A stretch of 64,000 bases of DNA from Camelus dromedarius. Lineage: Eukaryota. The notes under the pieces are model-generated. The model was not told the origin of the DNA, searched no databases, and was given only the letters and a program-made list of their open reading frames with translations. Where the stretch lies: the NCBI RefSeq assembly GCF_036321535.1, contig NC_087437.1:9426001-9490000 (forward strand), in the 5' to 3' direction. Position numbers and translations under genes: made by a program. This document shows positions 36,972 through 50,449 of this stretch, in pieces. Within the stretch, counting starts at the first letter, position 1, and each line of letters starts with the position of its first letter.

Positions 36972-38560
36972 CTTTAGAAGTTTTAGCAACTTACAACTTA
37001 CATACTCAATGCAAAAATTAAAAAAAAAATTAAAACCCCTCAGTTAGAAGAAAGCCAATTGGTGCCTTTCATTTAGGGATGGTAATGTCCACTGTTCTCG
37101 GATTCTTTGTGGCAACTCCCCAGATATGCTTCTTGCTGGAAGCATTTCTATTTATTGGCTTTTAAAGAAGCATTTCTCACTACAAATACACTATTCCTCC
37201 CTCAACACACCTAGCTAGTCCTCTTCAAAGCTTCACCCTTTCCCTACCCACAGAGACTCAAATCACCTGAGTGAGAGACAGTGTTGGTTGAGTTCAGAAA
37301 TCAAGCAAGCCTTTCCACTTCCTTCTCATCCCACTGGGTGGTCTAGACATTGAAGCTCTCTGTAGTCAATCAGGCAAGCTTTTACTGCCAGCTCTTCAAA
37401 GAGGCAGAGAAGCAATTTTGATTCAGGGCATGGTTCATGACAAGCAAAATCTACAATCATGAAAAAAAATATATGTACACCTGTCTCAGATGAGGCAGAA
37501 AACTCACATCCCACATCTTCATATTGGAGGCTCATATTTATTTTATAATTTAATTTAAAAGAAATTTTAAAATTTAAATCCAAACTCTCCAAATGCCCAT
37601 GTTGCAGCTCAATTTTACCAAAATCAATAAGCCACTTGTGGCCAAGTGTTTTATAAGTGGTCAGCAAACTCAAGGAAAATACTGTGATGAAAAGACTATT
37701 TTAATTAAAAAAAAATTACTGTCTGGCACATGGTCTGGAACATTACTATATGTGGACCAGATCCTATTAATATCCCTGCTTTTCTAAGGACAACAAACCT
37801 AGCTTGTTTCCTTAGGCAGAACTAAATCTTCCCCATGCAGAGCCAGGTTGGAACGGAAGACTCTCTTAGCAACACTCAGGCAGTGGGGCTCTGGTGGCTG
37901 ACATGGACCAGTTTAGCCTGCAGCAGAAGAAAATCAGTCACAGTCATAGCTGGGACACGGAAGGCTACCCGGGGGATAGACACCCGCCCACATGATGTTC
38001 CCAGAACCAATGACAAAGCCGCCAGCATCAGTGTCGTTAAGCACCGCTGGTCGTTTCAGGACAGAAATATTCCAAATGCTCTATTCTATGTGAAACAAAA
38101 TCGATCAGATTAGGCAAGTCAGATTGCTTTCTATCGCATTGATCATAAGCCCCAAGTGGTTCAGAGTTTTCTCTTCAGGAACAGGTCTCCACAGCCCAAC
38201 TGGAGAAATAGATTTGCTTTTCTCTGCTTTTCAAAAACGTGAGAGAAAAACTGAAAAGAGGTGATTATTGCCTTTCTGTAAATTGCAATGGCTTAAAGCG
38301 TAATGTTTAATTCTACTGTGAATATAATAGAAAGGCAATTAAATATCTAACGTAATTAGTGAATTGAGCATGTTGAATTATACAATAGCTATTACAGAAT
38401 ATAAAAAAAAATCTGACTTTAATTTCTACCTTGGAGAAAAAGAAAGGGGTGAGGAATTCACATTGACTGAGTACCTTCTGAATAACAGCCAGGTTACATA
38501 TTGTAAGTTTCTTTAATATGGTACAGTAAAGAAATGTATGACAAAAGAAACAGTAGAATG

Positions 38561-38995
38561 AAATAACGCCATTTGCAGCAACAATGGATGGACCTAGAGA
38601 TGATCATAGTAAGTGAACAAAGTCAGAGAAAGACAAATATCATATGATATCACTTACAGATGGGATCTAAAAAAGAAAAAGGCACAAATGAACTTATTGG
38701 CAAAATAGAAACAGACTCACAGACATGGAAAACAAACTCATGGTTAACAAGGCGGAAGGGAGAGAGGGATAAATCGGGAGTTCAGGATTTGCAGATACAC
38801 ACTACTATACACAAAATAGATATGAAATAAGGACCTACTGTAGGACACAGGGAACTATGTTCAGTTTCTTTTAATAACCTATTATGAGAAAGAATCTGAA
38901 AAATAATCTATCCATATGTATAACTGAATCACTATGCTGTACACTTGAAACTAATGCAACATTGTAAATCAACTATACTTCAATTAAAAAAAAAA
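38561..38995 (+). mobile_element. Young L1 3' UTR
   Basis: aaataacgccatttgcagcaaca...atggacctagaga...caactatacttcaattaaaaaa; gtagaatg on both flanks (38553, 39007). Confidence 0.92.
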
Positions 38996-41599
38996 GGGGG
39001 GGGTAGGTAGAATGTGAAACACAGATCCATTTAGAACTGCAGGGTCTTAGCTATCCAGACATGTTTGTGTTGGTTTTGAGCATGGCCTCAGACTGAGCAG
39101 ATTCTGTATTCTGTTAGAAAGTACAAGGATCTACTATCTCAGTGACTCAAAATAATATTTTATTCTTTTTCTGTCCTCACAAAATATTTCCTTAGACGTA
39201 GTCCAAAAATTAAATGTACATTTTTTGACAAAACACACTCAGAAGGAACCCTGATTCCACGGCTGATTTCCAGGCATTGTCTTACAAGGCTGCCTTGCTA
39301 ACCGAGAAAAGGAAAGAAGGACGGGGTTATCTGTCGTGTCACGTGAAAGGGATTTATTTCGCGTCTCCGTGAACAGCACACGTGCACACAGAAACACACA
39401 CAATTCTCTGCACAGGAGATAAACGCTTCTGGAGTGCCGAGAACATCACTGATAACAGAAACCACACAGTACTCACCAAAGTCAGGCGTGACTTTAGACA
39501 CGTGACTTCTAGTAACTGTTGGAATCTTCCTAAAAATCCGATGAGACAAATTCACTCATCTTAAGGGACAGTAATGGCTTAGTGGAGTGATCATGGCCAG
39601 AGAGTATTAGATGTGTGCGCACCACCACTGTGACATCGACAGGGGACTCACGTCACAGTTCACTGAGCTGTCCTCTCTCGTGTCCCTCTCCCTCTCACCT
39701 GCTTTTGTTTCTATGACTCAGACTGTGTATTTTTCCATCTCACTATTTGTTTAAATATGTGGATGTAATATACATTTATACCATTTATTACACTATTAAT
39801 TGAAAAATATGATTATGTTCTCTTTTTACAATTTTTAAGAATGAATTTGCTGAGCATTTACTTTTTCTTTCTCTCTGAATATTTAAGATGTATTAGGGAC
39901 ACAGGGAAGTGCTCTGGAGACACAGTTACCTTCAAATACAGAATGAAGTCTACTGGGCAGCGGTAAGGAGGGTGTCCCCCTCTCCTGTCACCCTAACATC
40001 TTAGTAGAGTAACCCACAGGACCTCCAGGGAGCTACTGCATTGCCCTCAAATAAACCCGCCTTTTCTCCAACTTTCACTTGAGGAATCATTTTTTGGAAC
40101 TTCTTCCATCAGGTGACTAATAAGAATATTCAGATATTAACAATAACCCCAAAGCCCAGGACTTCCTGGGAGATCCATCCAGCGTGACTGCTTGTTGTGT
40201 ATTTCCAAAGTGGTCACAACAATTACTTAAGACATAAAGGTTTAAAGCAGTCAGTTTTGGATCTGCCATACTTGAGAAACTTTGAGGCAATGATTTTAAC
40301 GGATTCCCCCAAGTTGGATGGAGAAGTTAGGAGATCATAACAGAGAGGTAACTCAGAAGAGAGAGGTAATGTTGGCGATTACAAATCTTTCAGAAAATGA
40401 AAGAGACAAGATACATATGAAGTCTAGACATAGGGTGGTTACTGCTTTCTTTGAAAGATAAAGAAGAGGGAAAAGAATGGGCTGCAGCAAGAGAAGAAAA
40501 TAAAATAACTGTGCATTTTCAGAGAAAATATTGTCAGATGGAATGAGGGGTGGAAATCTAACACTTTCTTGCCTAAATAGGCTGGGCAGCCTCTCCACAG
40601 CTAAAATGGAGACAGTGCCTAAAACATGCCACAAATTCCTGATTTATTTCAATTCCCTCTAGACTTCATCTGGAAGCAAACCATGAACAACAAATATAAA
40701 ATGCATCAAAGTCTGTGCCAAGGACTGTCAAGGTCTTGAGTGTCCATGAGATATAAAAGATTTTGAGAAAATTAGTAATTCTTTATGGAAACCTTTGGAA
40801 TAATGGTTCCTTTACAAGTGATTTGGGACAAGTGTTTCATGGGTCTCAGCTCTAATAATACCTCATATAAATTCAGGCCAGAGAATGACTAAGGATTCCT
40901 TGCTGTTCTTGACAACATAAGCCAGACACCTTGAACAAACACTTAAGTCTTGCTATTACTATGGCTCCTAAACTTGTAAGATCAAAGATCACAAAATCTA
41001 AGCAGTGTGGGTTTTAGAGTCCCCGGCCCCCTTATCCAGACTGACAGAGAAAATTTCTTACAAGTAGACCTCCAGCTCACAAGATAAGATGAATCTAATA
41101 AATGTCCCCATCAATGGCATTTGACCCAGGAAAAAAAAAAGAAAAAGAAGAAAACAAAAACTTTAGCAATAAAATGAGAGCTGAAAGGGTCAAATGGGAA
41201 TGGAACAAGCAGCAATTTTCATCACTCTTCAAACTGATGAAAGTTGCCTCTATGTATACAACAGGCACCTCACTCTCTCACCTCCACCCAGCGGCACCGT
41301 TTTTCCTGCACGCTCCGTCCTTCTCTTTGACAAAAAGGGACTCATTTCATGACTTGGATCAAAAACTGAAACATAACTCAGTCAGAGAAGACACTGTCCT
41401 GCTTTCCTGGAGGTCAATAGCTCCTCCTCTAAGAGCCTCGGCTGTGTGCCTGTCTGTGCTCAGTGTCTGGGCAAGACGGAGGGGCCTGCCCGGTGCAGGG
41501 CATCATGGGAACACTGGTCTTCCTGGGACGTCAACACAATATGAAATCTTCACCTTGGACCTGAGAGAAATCAGCTGTCGCCTGGAGGGAATTTAGGCA

Positions 41600-41720
41600 T
41601 CAGAGAATTTACATACATTTTTTTTTTTTTATAAGTGAGGAAATTGAGGCTTGGAGAGACCGAGACTTGTTCAAGGTCACCAGTTGTGGAATTCGGGACC
41701 TATTCATCTGGACTCTGACC
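41600..41720 (-). mobile_element. MIR SINE
   Basis: gtgaggaaattgaggcttggagagaccgagacttgttcaaggtcac. Confidence 0.7.
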
Positions 41721-41789
41721 GTTATAATTTTCCTGCTATGAGCAGACCATCAATTTATTTTGTACTTCCTCTTGAACCTGTCGTTACCT

Positions 41790-41978
41790 TTAGATTTGCT
41801 GTAGGTGTGACTCTGAGCAGATTAATTAACCTCTCTGAAGTTATTTCCTTATAAATAAAACATGGCTGTTACAACTCTACTCTTCTGAGGATTGTTGGAA
41901 AATGAAAGAAGATAACACTTTTAAAAAGCATGGTCTATTACATATATCATACAGTAAGTATTTGATAAATGTTAGTTC
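41790..41978 (+). mobile_element. MIR SINE
   Basis: gtgtgactctgagcagattaattaacctctctgaag...gtaagtatttgataaatgttag. Confidence 0.7.
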
Positions 41979-43641
41979 CCCACCTTGCTCTTGGGGGGAG
42001 GAGGATAAAATTCACTGAAATCATGACTATGTAGGTTGAGGTGTGTTTGAACACAGGATCAGAGGGAAAATGGAACAGGATCCTGATTTAACTTCACATC
42101 CTGGATAATTAGGTCTACCTACCTGAAAATCTGTCATGTGGTTCTAATTGCATTCAGACTCGGAGAAGCATGACTTAACTAAAATATTCATTCCTCCACC
42201 GCGTTCCCCCTCTTAGCTTTATTGTTCTGCTTGATCTTCCTGCTTAGTCACTGATCCCTCTTCTTCCTGATCGTTAGCTCAATATTTCATGATTATCATA
42301 GGAGAAGAAGACCATATTTCATTGAAAAACCTATTCTGAGGAATCTTCATGTCTTGCAGTTTTCTGGTGTTGTAAATAGCTGGATATTGGAAATAATCCA
42401 ACCCATGAAGGCACTGGATAGGTAATGAAAAAGCCATTAACTCAGGCAAAGTTTTATACTCAAAGGGTTTCGTTTGATCAGGGCTTTCATTAAATTATAT
42501 CCAAAATTAAGCTCTCCCAGAGAGCCTTAAACATTCCATCGGAGCAGTGGAGAGAGATAAGCCTGCAAAGAGTTGGTCCCTTAAAATCTTCCCAGCAGAA
42601 GGGAAAAGCACCTTCTACTAGGAAGACACTTAGATGTTGCGACACATCACCATTTGGCTACAGTGTTTCCAGAGAGGCTTAACTGTGTGCAGACTGTCCG
42701 TCTAGAGCACGAGAATCTGAAAAAGCATCTGCAAGCATCTCAGACGCTATAATGGCACAGTGTAACATACAAGCACTGAGCACCTGGAAAGTCTGTCCCT
42801 TCATTCTGGACCAGCAATTTCTCCAGCCCTGTTTCCTACAATGAGGCTCCTTACCTGGACTTCTGGCAGGCGAGAGGCTCCCTGTGACAGGAGCGCAAAG
42901 GCACCAGCGCAAAGGTGCTCTTCACAAAAATAAAAAAAAAAAATAAAATAGCCTCCCCAGACAAAGCCAGCTGGTCTTTTCCCTTAGGAGTGTGGGGATC
43001 TCTATTTGAAAAAGAAACATTAAAAAGTTTACCATAGAGCTGGGGAAAGTTAAGCCTTTCCTAAAATATCCCGATCGACACCCACTTTCCCTGACAAAAC
43101 TAAAAATACAGTGTGGACGCAAGCCTTCCAGAGAGAAAGTCGGGGCAGTTATTTTTCTTCTCTTCCCCTTGTATTCTATCAGACCTCAGAGGCGGCAGCA
43201 TCGTGTTATCAGCGTTGCCAGACTAATTCCGCAGCAGCCAGGTCCTCTCCCCCACGTGCTTATCAGTCGCCTGGAAGAAGTTTGTCATTTCGTGCACTAT
43301 GGCTATTAGGACTGAGTTATTGGGAGCAAATTCTGCCAAGAATAAAACTTTAAAAGTCAGCTTAGAGAGAGGAAGAATGTTATTGTGGCTTCAAAATCCA
43401 TATATTTCAAAGGAAACTATAATCAGCTGTTGGATGGGTGTTCTTACAGATGGAAATGTCTCTTCCTGGCCAAGGCTCAGTGTGGGCTACTTATTTACTT
43501 CCCGAAAGATCTATCTCTGGGTGTCACATTTCAAAAGACCAGGGTAATCACATTAACTATTTTGTTAGCACTGGGAGTTTCTAAGGTGACAGCATCTCTA
43601 TTCTACATGGCTGAAAAGGTTATTTAATATATAGATTTCAG

Positions 43642-43770
43642 AGGGAGGGTATTGCCCAAGTGATAGAGTGCGTGCTTAGCACGCACAAGGTGCTGGGTTC
43701 AATCCCCAGTACCTCCTTTATAAATAAATATACAAATAAACCTAATTACCTCCCCCCACAAAAAAAAAAC
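43642..43770 (+). mobile_element. Camelid tRNA-derived SINE (Vic-1 type)
   Basis: gggagggtattgcccaagtgatagagtgcgtgcttagcacgcacaaggtgctgggttcaatccccagtacctcc...aaacctaattacctcccccc. Confidence 0.92.
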
Positions 43771-43772
43771 TC

Positions 43773-43870
43773 TAATATATATATATAGTGTATATATATA
43801 TATATGTGTGTGTGTGTATATATATGTATATATGTATATATATGTACATATATATACTAATATACTAATA

Positions 43871-43901
<31 letters not shown>

Positions 43902-43911
43902 GTATACACAC

Positions 43912-43942
<31 letters not shown>
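43773..43942. repeat. Compound (TA)n/(TG)n/(CA)n/(GA)n microsatellite
   Basis: Seen directly. Confidence 0.95.
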
Positions 43943-44929
43943 TTTCAGATTAACGGAAGCTATAAGAAATTCCAAAGTCTACTTTATGTACTATGTGAAT
44001 TCACACACACATACACACACAGGGGACTGTGACTTCATTCTACTTCCATAAAATCCTTCTTGCAACATGGATGCCTTTATGATTCTAATGAAGACTTTCC
44101 TAATCTGCTCACCATCACAAGCCTGCGTGGGAGAAGTGGACTCAAACTCAGCTCGTTCTGACTTTCCTTTTCCAGGCTCCCTCATACAGAACTTTACAAG
44201 CTGCTCCATGTTGGCCCTGCTGACTGTGCAAGGAAAGGACCGGGCATCCTGTCCAGAGCACGGTGTACCAGCTAATAGTCTGACCAGAGATGTTTTTGAC
44301 AATGTAAGTCCAAGCACGGCTTGAGAACACAGTACTTCTCTAGGGAAGTCAGTTTTTTTTTTTTTTTTTAATCTTCATTGTTTGCTTTGGCATATTTCAG
44401 ATTTTAAATATATACAATTCACAGTAAATGGGCTATAGTGCCTCCAGCAAGAATTATTCAAAAGGCTTTAATCAGAGATTTTGCTCACATTCCCAGTGCC
44501 CTGAAACCACACATCTTCAGTACATTATCTCTGAATCAATCTATGCTGGGCCATCAGTGAGGAAAAACAACTTTCAAATACCTCCCATTGTGCAAAAACT
44601 GTGATCTGGAACGGTACAGCCTCAGTGGTGACAGAATAATAAGACCATTTATAATTTTCTGTTTGGTAATTCATAAAGCCAAGTGGCATCGAAGTAATTT
44701 TTTTAGCATTAAGCTTTGCCAAGTCTGTGGACATATGCTAATGAATGAAATGAACAGAATTTTTTCCCCCTGTATAAATGAACCTTATCTTTGAAACCAG
44801 AAACAAATTCCCCAGCTAAATCTCCAAATATATTTTCCTGAGCCCATGTGAAGTAGCCCATTATGTGATTTTAGGACTTAGGCTACTGAAATAAAAGAAA
44901 AAGAATATTTTACATTTATTTAAACCTTA

Positions 44930-47420
44930 TAACAAAACACAGCGGATTGGACACATGTGTTTATCTTCATTCTTGCCAGAAGCCACACTTAAATGACAGC
45001 AAGGAAAAAAAAATATAAATGCAGGAGGGCAAAGAAATACAAGAGGAATCAACAGTATATAAATGATGTCAAGTCGTGTCTGGAAGACACAGAGAGAATG
45101 GAGGAAAAGTACATGATCCAGGAGAGTCGTGGAGGCTGAAACGAAGTATCCACAGGAGATACTGATGACAGATCAATTGGTTGAGCTTCCAGAATCCTTG
45201 AAGGGCTGGGAAATTGGAGCTGTGAGGTTCCTCTGAAGGTGAGGTTACAATCAGAGACCATGTCTCCTCTAACTTGTGCAGAAGAAAGGAGACTTCAAAG
45301 ACTCACTATGTGGGGACATGAGACACAGAGAGGGAGCAAGGGAAATGCTAAAGTAAAAACAGAAGTATTTGTTAATTTGGGGGGAGGGGTTAAAATGTAC
45401 ACACTACTGTACATAAAATAGATAAACAACAAGGACCTACTGCAGAGCACTGGGGACTATAGTCAATTTCTTGTAATGGGCTATAATGGAAAAGAGTCTG
45501 AAAATATGTATCTGTGTATATATACATATGTATGTATATGTATAACTGCATTGCTTTGCTGTGCACCTGAAACTAACATTGTAAACTGACCACGCTTCAA
45601 TAAAAAACAAGAATTTAAAAAAAAGTAAATAGAGAAAATGTTTTTAGAAAGAAGAAAAAAAAAAAACAGAAGTATTTAGTGAAAGTCTGAAAACTAAATG
45701 GGAACAAGCCCCCCTCAAGGCCTCTTGTTCCTGTTTGTCTCATCCAGACACCAGCGTCCAGCACGGCACCTGCCCCACCTCCCCTGCCCTGTGAGGCATT
45801 AGAAGCTGCTTCTTGGGAGAAACAGGAAGATCCCAGAAAAATACCATTTAGATGCTGACACTTTGGAAGCTGCCAAGAAAAAGCCAGCTTTCCACCGATC
45901 ACCCCAGTGAAGGTCACCAGCCCACCAGTTCCGTCATCAACTTTTTAACACCTCGTTCTTAAATATGAACGAGCAGAAAGATCACCACATATTTAAGCAG
46001 AAAATGAAAATTTCACATTTCCATCATGAACAGCAGCAACCAGGACACCGAGGATAAATTCAAGAGAGACAAGACCAGGGGAAGAAGGGATATTTTTAAA
46101 AAAGAAAAGAAAAGAAAAGAAAAGAAAACAATAGTTAATAACCTTGAGAGAAGTAGATGTGAATATTACACCACTAAGACAAGAAGAACAAAAAAGAGGA
46201 TGCTTTGAAGGAGCAAGCTGATGAGAAGAGCTCTAGGAAATTAAAGTTGTGATAGGAGTGAGCACGTGGTCAATAGAAACATTAGAAGGTGAAGTTAAGA
46301 ATATCTTCTGAAGAACAGAAGTAAAAAGACTATTACATGGAAAGTGACAAAGAAATGACAACAAAATTAGAGAATCAATCTGCACAATTTGATATCTGCC
46401 TAACAGGAGATCTAGAAGTAAACAATATATATATTATTTATATATTTATATATATTTATATATAAATTAGGTATATGTATATATAACTGAATAGAAGAAT
46501 ATGTATCAAGAGAGAAAGAACCCAACTTAATTTTTTTAAAAAAGGAAGGAAACAGGATCTTCCTTAAAAACACATCACATAAGTGTGATAGAGTAAGAAC
46601 ATTTTTAAAACACTAAGTTTTCCAAAGAACTGCCTCTTCTCTGCTCTTTCTGTCCACTGCAGGAGATGCTTCTTCCTAAGGAGGCACTAATCATGCTAGA
46701 CAAAGCATGGAATCCAGGAAATAGGAGTCAGGGCACCCAACACCTGGTAGAAGTTTGGAAATTTCCAAGGTGATGACCGATGGAGTGTTGTAATAAAACA
46801 GCCACACAGAGGCCTAATCAGAGGGCTGCTGGCCTAGATGAGGGCAGGAAGTCAGAGGGCATCAGGAAGGAGGAATGAAAGAAGAACGGATCAGATAGAG
46901 AATCCGACAGGCTGGGCCACGTGCAATTGAAGGGCGTGGGAAAAAGCATGGTCTCCCTAAAGCCCTAAGCAAGGGAAAATATTAAAACTATGTTCGACTC
47001 CAAGAAAAACAAAAAGAAATTATACAATAAAGTAAACATAATTAAAAGTCCATTATTTTGCTTCACCAAGAGGATATGTCTACAGGCATAATAAAGAAAA
47101 CACAAAAATACTAATTTAATCAAATCTATAATAGAATTATCATGGAGGAGGGAAGAGGGTGGATGTTCCACACATATTCCATTTTAAAAATTCAACTCAC
47201 ATTGTCTAAAATTGTAAATCAACTCAAAACAATAACCTCCTGTTCTTGCTTAAAAAAAAGAAACAAACAGAAGAGATACAAAGGAGAACTGAACATGGTA
47301 GGTTCTGGAGAGCAGAATTTGGGAGTGAGGAACATTAGGACAGAATGCTGTTTTCTGCTCTAAATCTTAAAGCCCTATTAGACTTTAAACTATGGGCACA
47401 TGTTTACTCATTAAATGTAT
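44930..47420 (+). mobile_element. HAL1-like (half-L1) element, degraded, interrupted by a younger L1
   Basis: 5'-like gcggattggacacatgtgtttatcttc; ORF1-like aaattagagaatcaatc...taacaggag; HAL1-like catggaatccaggaaatagg...aggcctaatcagagggc; 3'-like gactttaaactatgggcacatg. Confidence 0.6.
45371..45661 (+). mobile_element. Young L1 3' end with perfect 16-bp TSD
   Basis: aaaatagataaacaacaaggacctactg...ttcaataaaa; TSD aaaaacagaagtattt at 45355-45370 and 45662-45677. Confidence 0.92.
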
Positions 47421-48005
47421 ACATTAATAATAATTTTTAGAAAAACGTTAATAGATGCCTTTTAACTGCATTACTGAAGAATAAAGGTAGGAACCACTGA
47501 TTTACAAAGTCAGGAAACAGCCTTACTTGCCTATCTTTAGAAAATTCAAAATCAATGAAAAATGCAAACCAGGAAATTCAATACTAAACAACATGCTTAA
47601 CAGTATTTAGCAGGATTATTGCATTTTTATTTAATTTATCACTTAACAACTGTCACAGGTTTTGGACATAATCAATGAATGTTCTATGACCTTCATGTAT
47701 ATGACTTCTTGGCTTCTTTCAATTTGTCAGTGTTGTCAGAGTAGGGTCAGAGGATGGGGTAAAGGGACACAAAGCTCTTCAATGAGAAATGGGTTCAGTA
47801 CAGTCAGACCTTAAAAATGAAACATTTTGAAGCTGTTACTAGACTGAGATGGATCCATATGAAAAGATCTCCAGTAAATACTGAGTGAAAAGGATCATGA
47901 TGTAGAGAACAGCAGGTATTCTGTGATTCCTTTTGTAGACACACAGGTATTTATGCTTGTGGGCATGAGACAAGGAAGAAGGGGGCAGAGCACAGCCATT
48001 AACAC

Positions 48006-48510
48006 TGAGATGGTGGAAGACTCAACTCCCCGTAGGCCTTGAGGTCCAAGATGGCAGGAGATCTGACTTCCAGTAGACCTTGAGTTTCATTATACGCTCA
48101 TTGAAATACATTAGCATGGTAAATGGCACTCCCACAGGTGCCATGACAGTTCCAATGCTGACCGTAAAAGGTCAAGGAGTGTGTGGTGGCCCAGTTCCTG
48201 GGAACCCCAGCCCCTTCCCCAAAGTAGTTAGAATAATCTTCCCACTTGCTAGCATATGAAGTCACCGAGCCCATAAGAGCTAACAACCCCTACACCTTGT
48301 GGCTTTTCTCTTGTCTTTTGAAACAGCCTGCATGCTGTCTAAGAAGTATGTATCTCTCTGAATAAATCTACCTTTACTCAGCTGTGGCTCGCTCTTGAAT
48401 TCTTTCCTGCGCAAAGCCGAGGACCTACACTTGGCGGGGTGCGTCCCAGGAACTCAGCAGAGATCTGGGACACAGCCTTCTTCTTGCCCCACATTCATTT
48501 TCCTGTATCA
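48006..48510 (+). mobile_element. ERV1 solo LTR, MER41-like
   Basis: TG...CA ends; cattagcatggtaaatggcactcccacaggtgccatgacagtt; aataaa at 48361; gctcgctcttgaattctttcctgcgcaaagcc, all typical of MER41. Flanked by old L1ME-like sequence. No clean TSD seen. Confidence 0.8.
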
Positions 48511-50449
48511 GGTACACAAACGAATTTGGGGAGAATGCTTATTATACGGCTCAAAGTGTCAGCCCCCCAGGAAGACATCCCAGGGGGAAGATTCGTGTTT
48601 TCATTCAGAACTCTTTAATACTCTGATTTTTTTTTTAACCGTAGGCATATATGGTTAATTTTCAATAAAAGAGTGGTTCATAAAGATAAATAAAATGCCA
48701 GTCCTTATACTGCCATTCAAATAGGCGGTTTTGAAGAAGAATGGAACAATCCACCAATGTATACAAAGGGGAAAAGGAATTATGATCGTATTTCTGTAAA
48801 ACTAACAGAGTTATCTGTTGGTTATGAGATTTGGAGTGAATGCGGTTTCTACTTCACAGGTTTTTTTTGTTTGTTTGAAGTTCTCCATTTTTCCACAGTT
48901 ATATTTCTATCCCTTTTAAAACGAAAAAATATCCTTAAAGAAAAGGAAGAGAAATTGTCATCCCTTTATCAGTTCTGTAAGGTGCAGAAGATGTTCACCC
49001 AGAGTGCAGCTTTTCTGGAAGGGGAGGGTGAGCATCTGGGCGTTGTATTTGCAGATGGACTTCACGCAAAGCATATGGTAGATTTTCCTCAAGGAAAGTT
49101 CTTGCTGTGGAAGCACGAGTTCCTATTTAAACCTTGGCAGACAGGGTCCTTTTTAAGCTTGACTTTTCTCTCTCCAATTTGTGAATTAGACATCTGCTCA
49201 GAGTTTCATAAAGAATTTCCCTTCTATTGAAATTAACTTTTTTTCCCTTTGTAAAGATTGTAAATTACAGAATGTGAAATTCTGATAGCTTGGATGAGTA
49301 GGGGTGGGTGGGGGGATTCATTTTTTAACTTGTCCTTTAAGCCTATTTATTTATTTATTTTTCTTTCAGCTTCCCACGTTGCCAGATATGTTAAAACAAG
49401 GGCTACGGAGACAAGATGAAACAAAACGTTATAAACCAGGACGAAGATGTTCACAGAAGCATGGGTGCTGGAGCCAGGCACTCTTTCAGAATAACAAGCA
49501 ACTTCATTCTCAAGTTATCAGAGGTTAGAGCTCGAAAAATCACAAGTACTTTTCATGGGAAGTAAATGCCTTTCTAAAGGTCAACACAGAATTTATCAGC
49601 TTTATTGCATGTTTTCCTTCCTTTTCGTAGGTATGTAAAAGGAACACGATTTTGGTCTTTTTTTTAATGTCTTTTCTGCCACATGATGAGGTAGAGTAAT
49701 TGCTTTGCTTCCAACTCAGTGCATTATTTTAATCTCACACGGGCCCCTTTTTAACAGTAAACGAACACTCCTTCAGTGGCTCAAATTAAGAAACAGGCAC
49801 GGGTGTGCACTGGCCATGAAATGGACAGGAGAGCTGACAACACTTACCCGGGAGAAGCAGCAACCAAGGTGGGAGGTAGTGCAGGAATGTCTGCCCCACA
49901 GATAATTGGCCCCTTAAACGTAGGGTTTTTAGATGAGAGTTTGAAGAGAAGCTACCTTTTCCAAGGAAGCAATCTGGCTCCTTCGATTTCCCATCCTGCT
50001 TTGAGGACGAAAACTCTGCCAGCGTTTGCAGTGTCCCCAGGGGATATTTTACAAAACATTAGCAACTCAAACGGTTTTCCTTATTTTTTGGTTTCCAATA
50101 TGATGCATCTGAATGAAAACTAAAGCAAAGTTTAGAAAGTTGAAGTGTCAACAACTCACAGTCTGTATATATTGGGCCTGGCTGCAGTCATTTTCCTATG
50201 TCTTTTGGCTTTTTCTGCAAAAGATACTTGATCAGCAAAAGACAGGCACTCCAAAATTTAAGCTTCTTTCCTCTGTAAGTTGTACTGTTTGAAATTAGTT
50301 CCTCTGGGCCTTAAACTTCCGGATCTGCAGAATGAGGCCATGGGCCAGGTAAACTCTGCTGGCCCTCCTGTCTTTAATATTCAGTGACAAAGACGTGGTT
50401 TTTTTTTCTTTGGTCTGAAGAGCACTTTGCACCCTCTGTTGGAAGATAA

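Noticed and set aside
43642..43710. tRNA gene (also 32829-32895)
   Set aside because: tRNA-like A/B boxes belong to SINE heads with the family tail, A-rich end and TSD; no intact cloverleaf.
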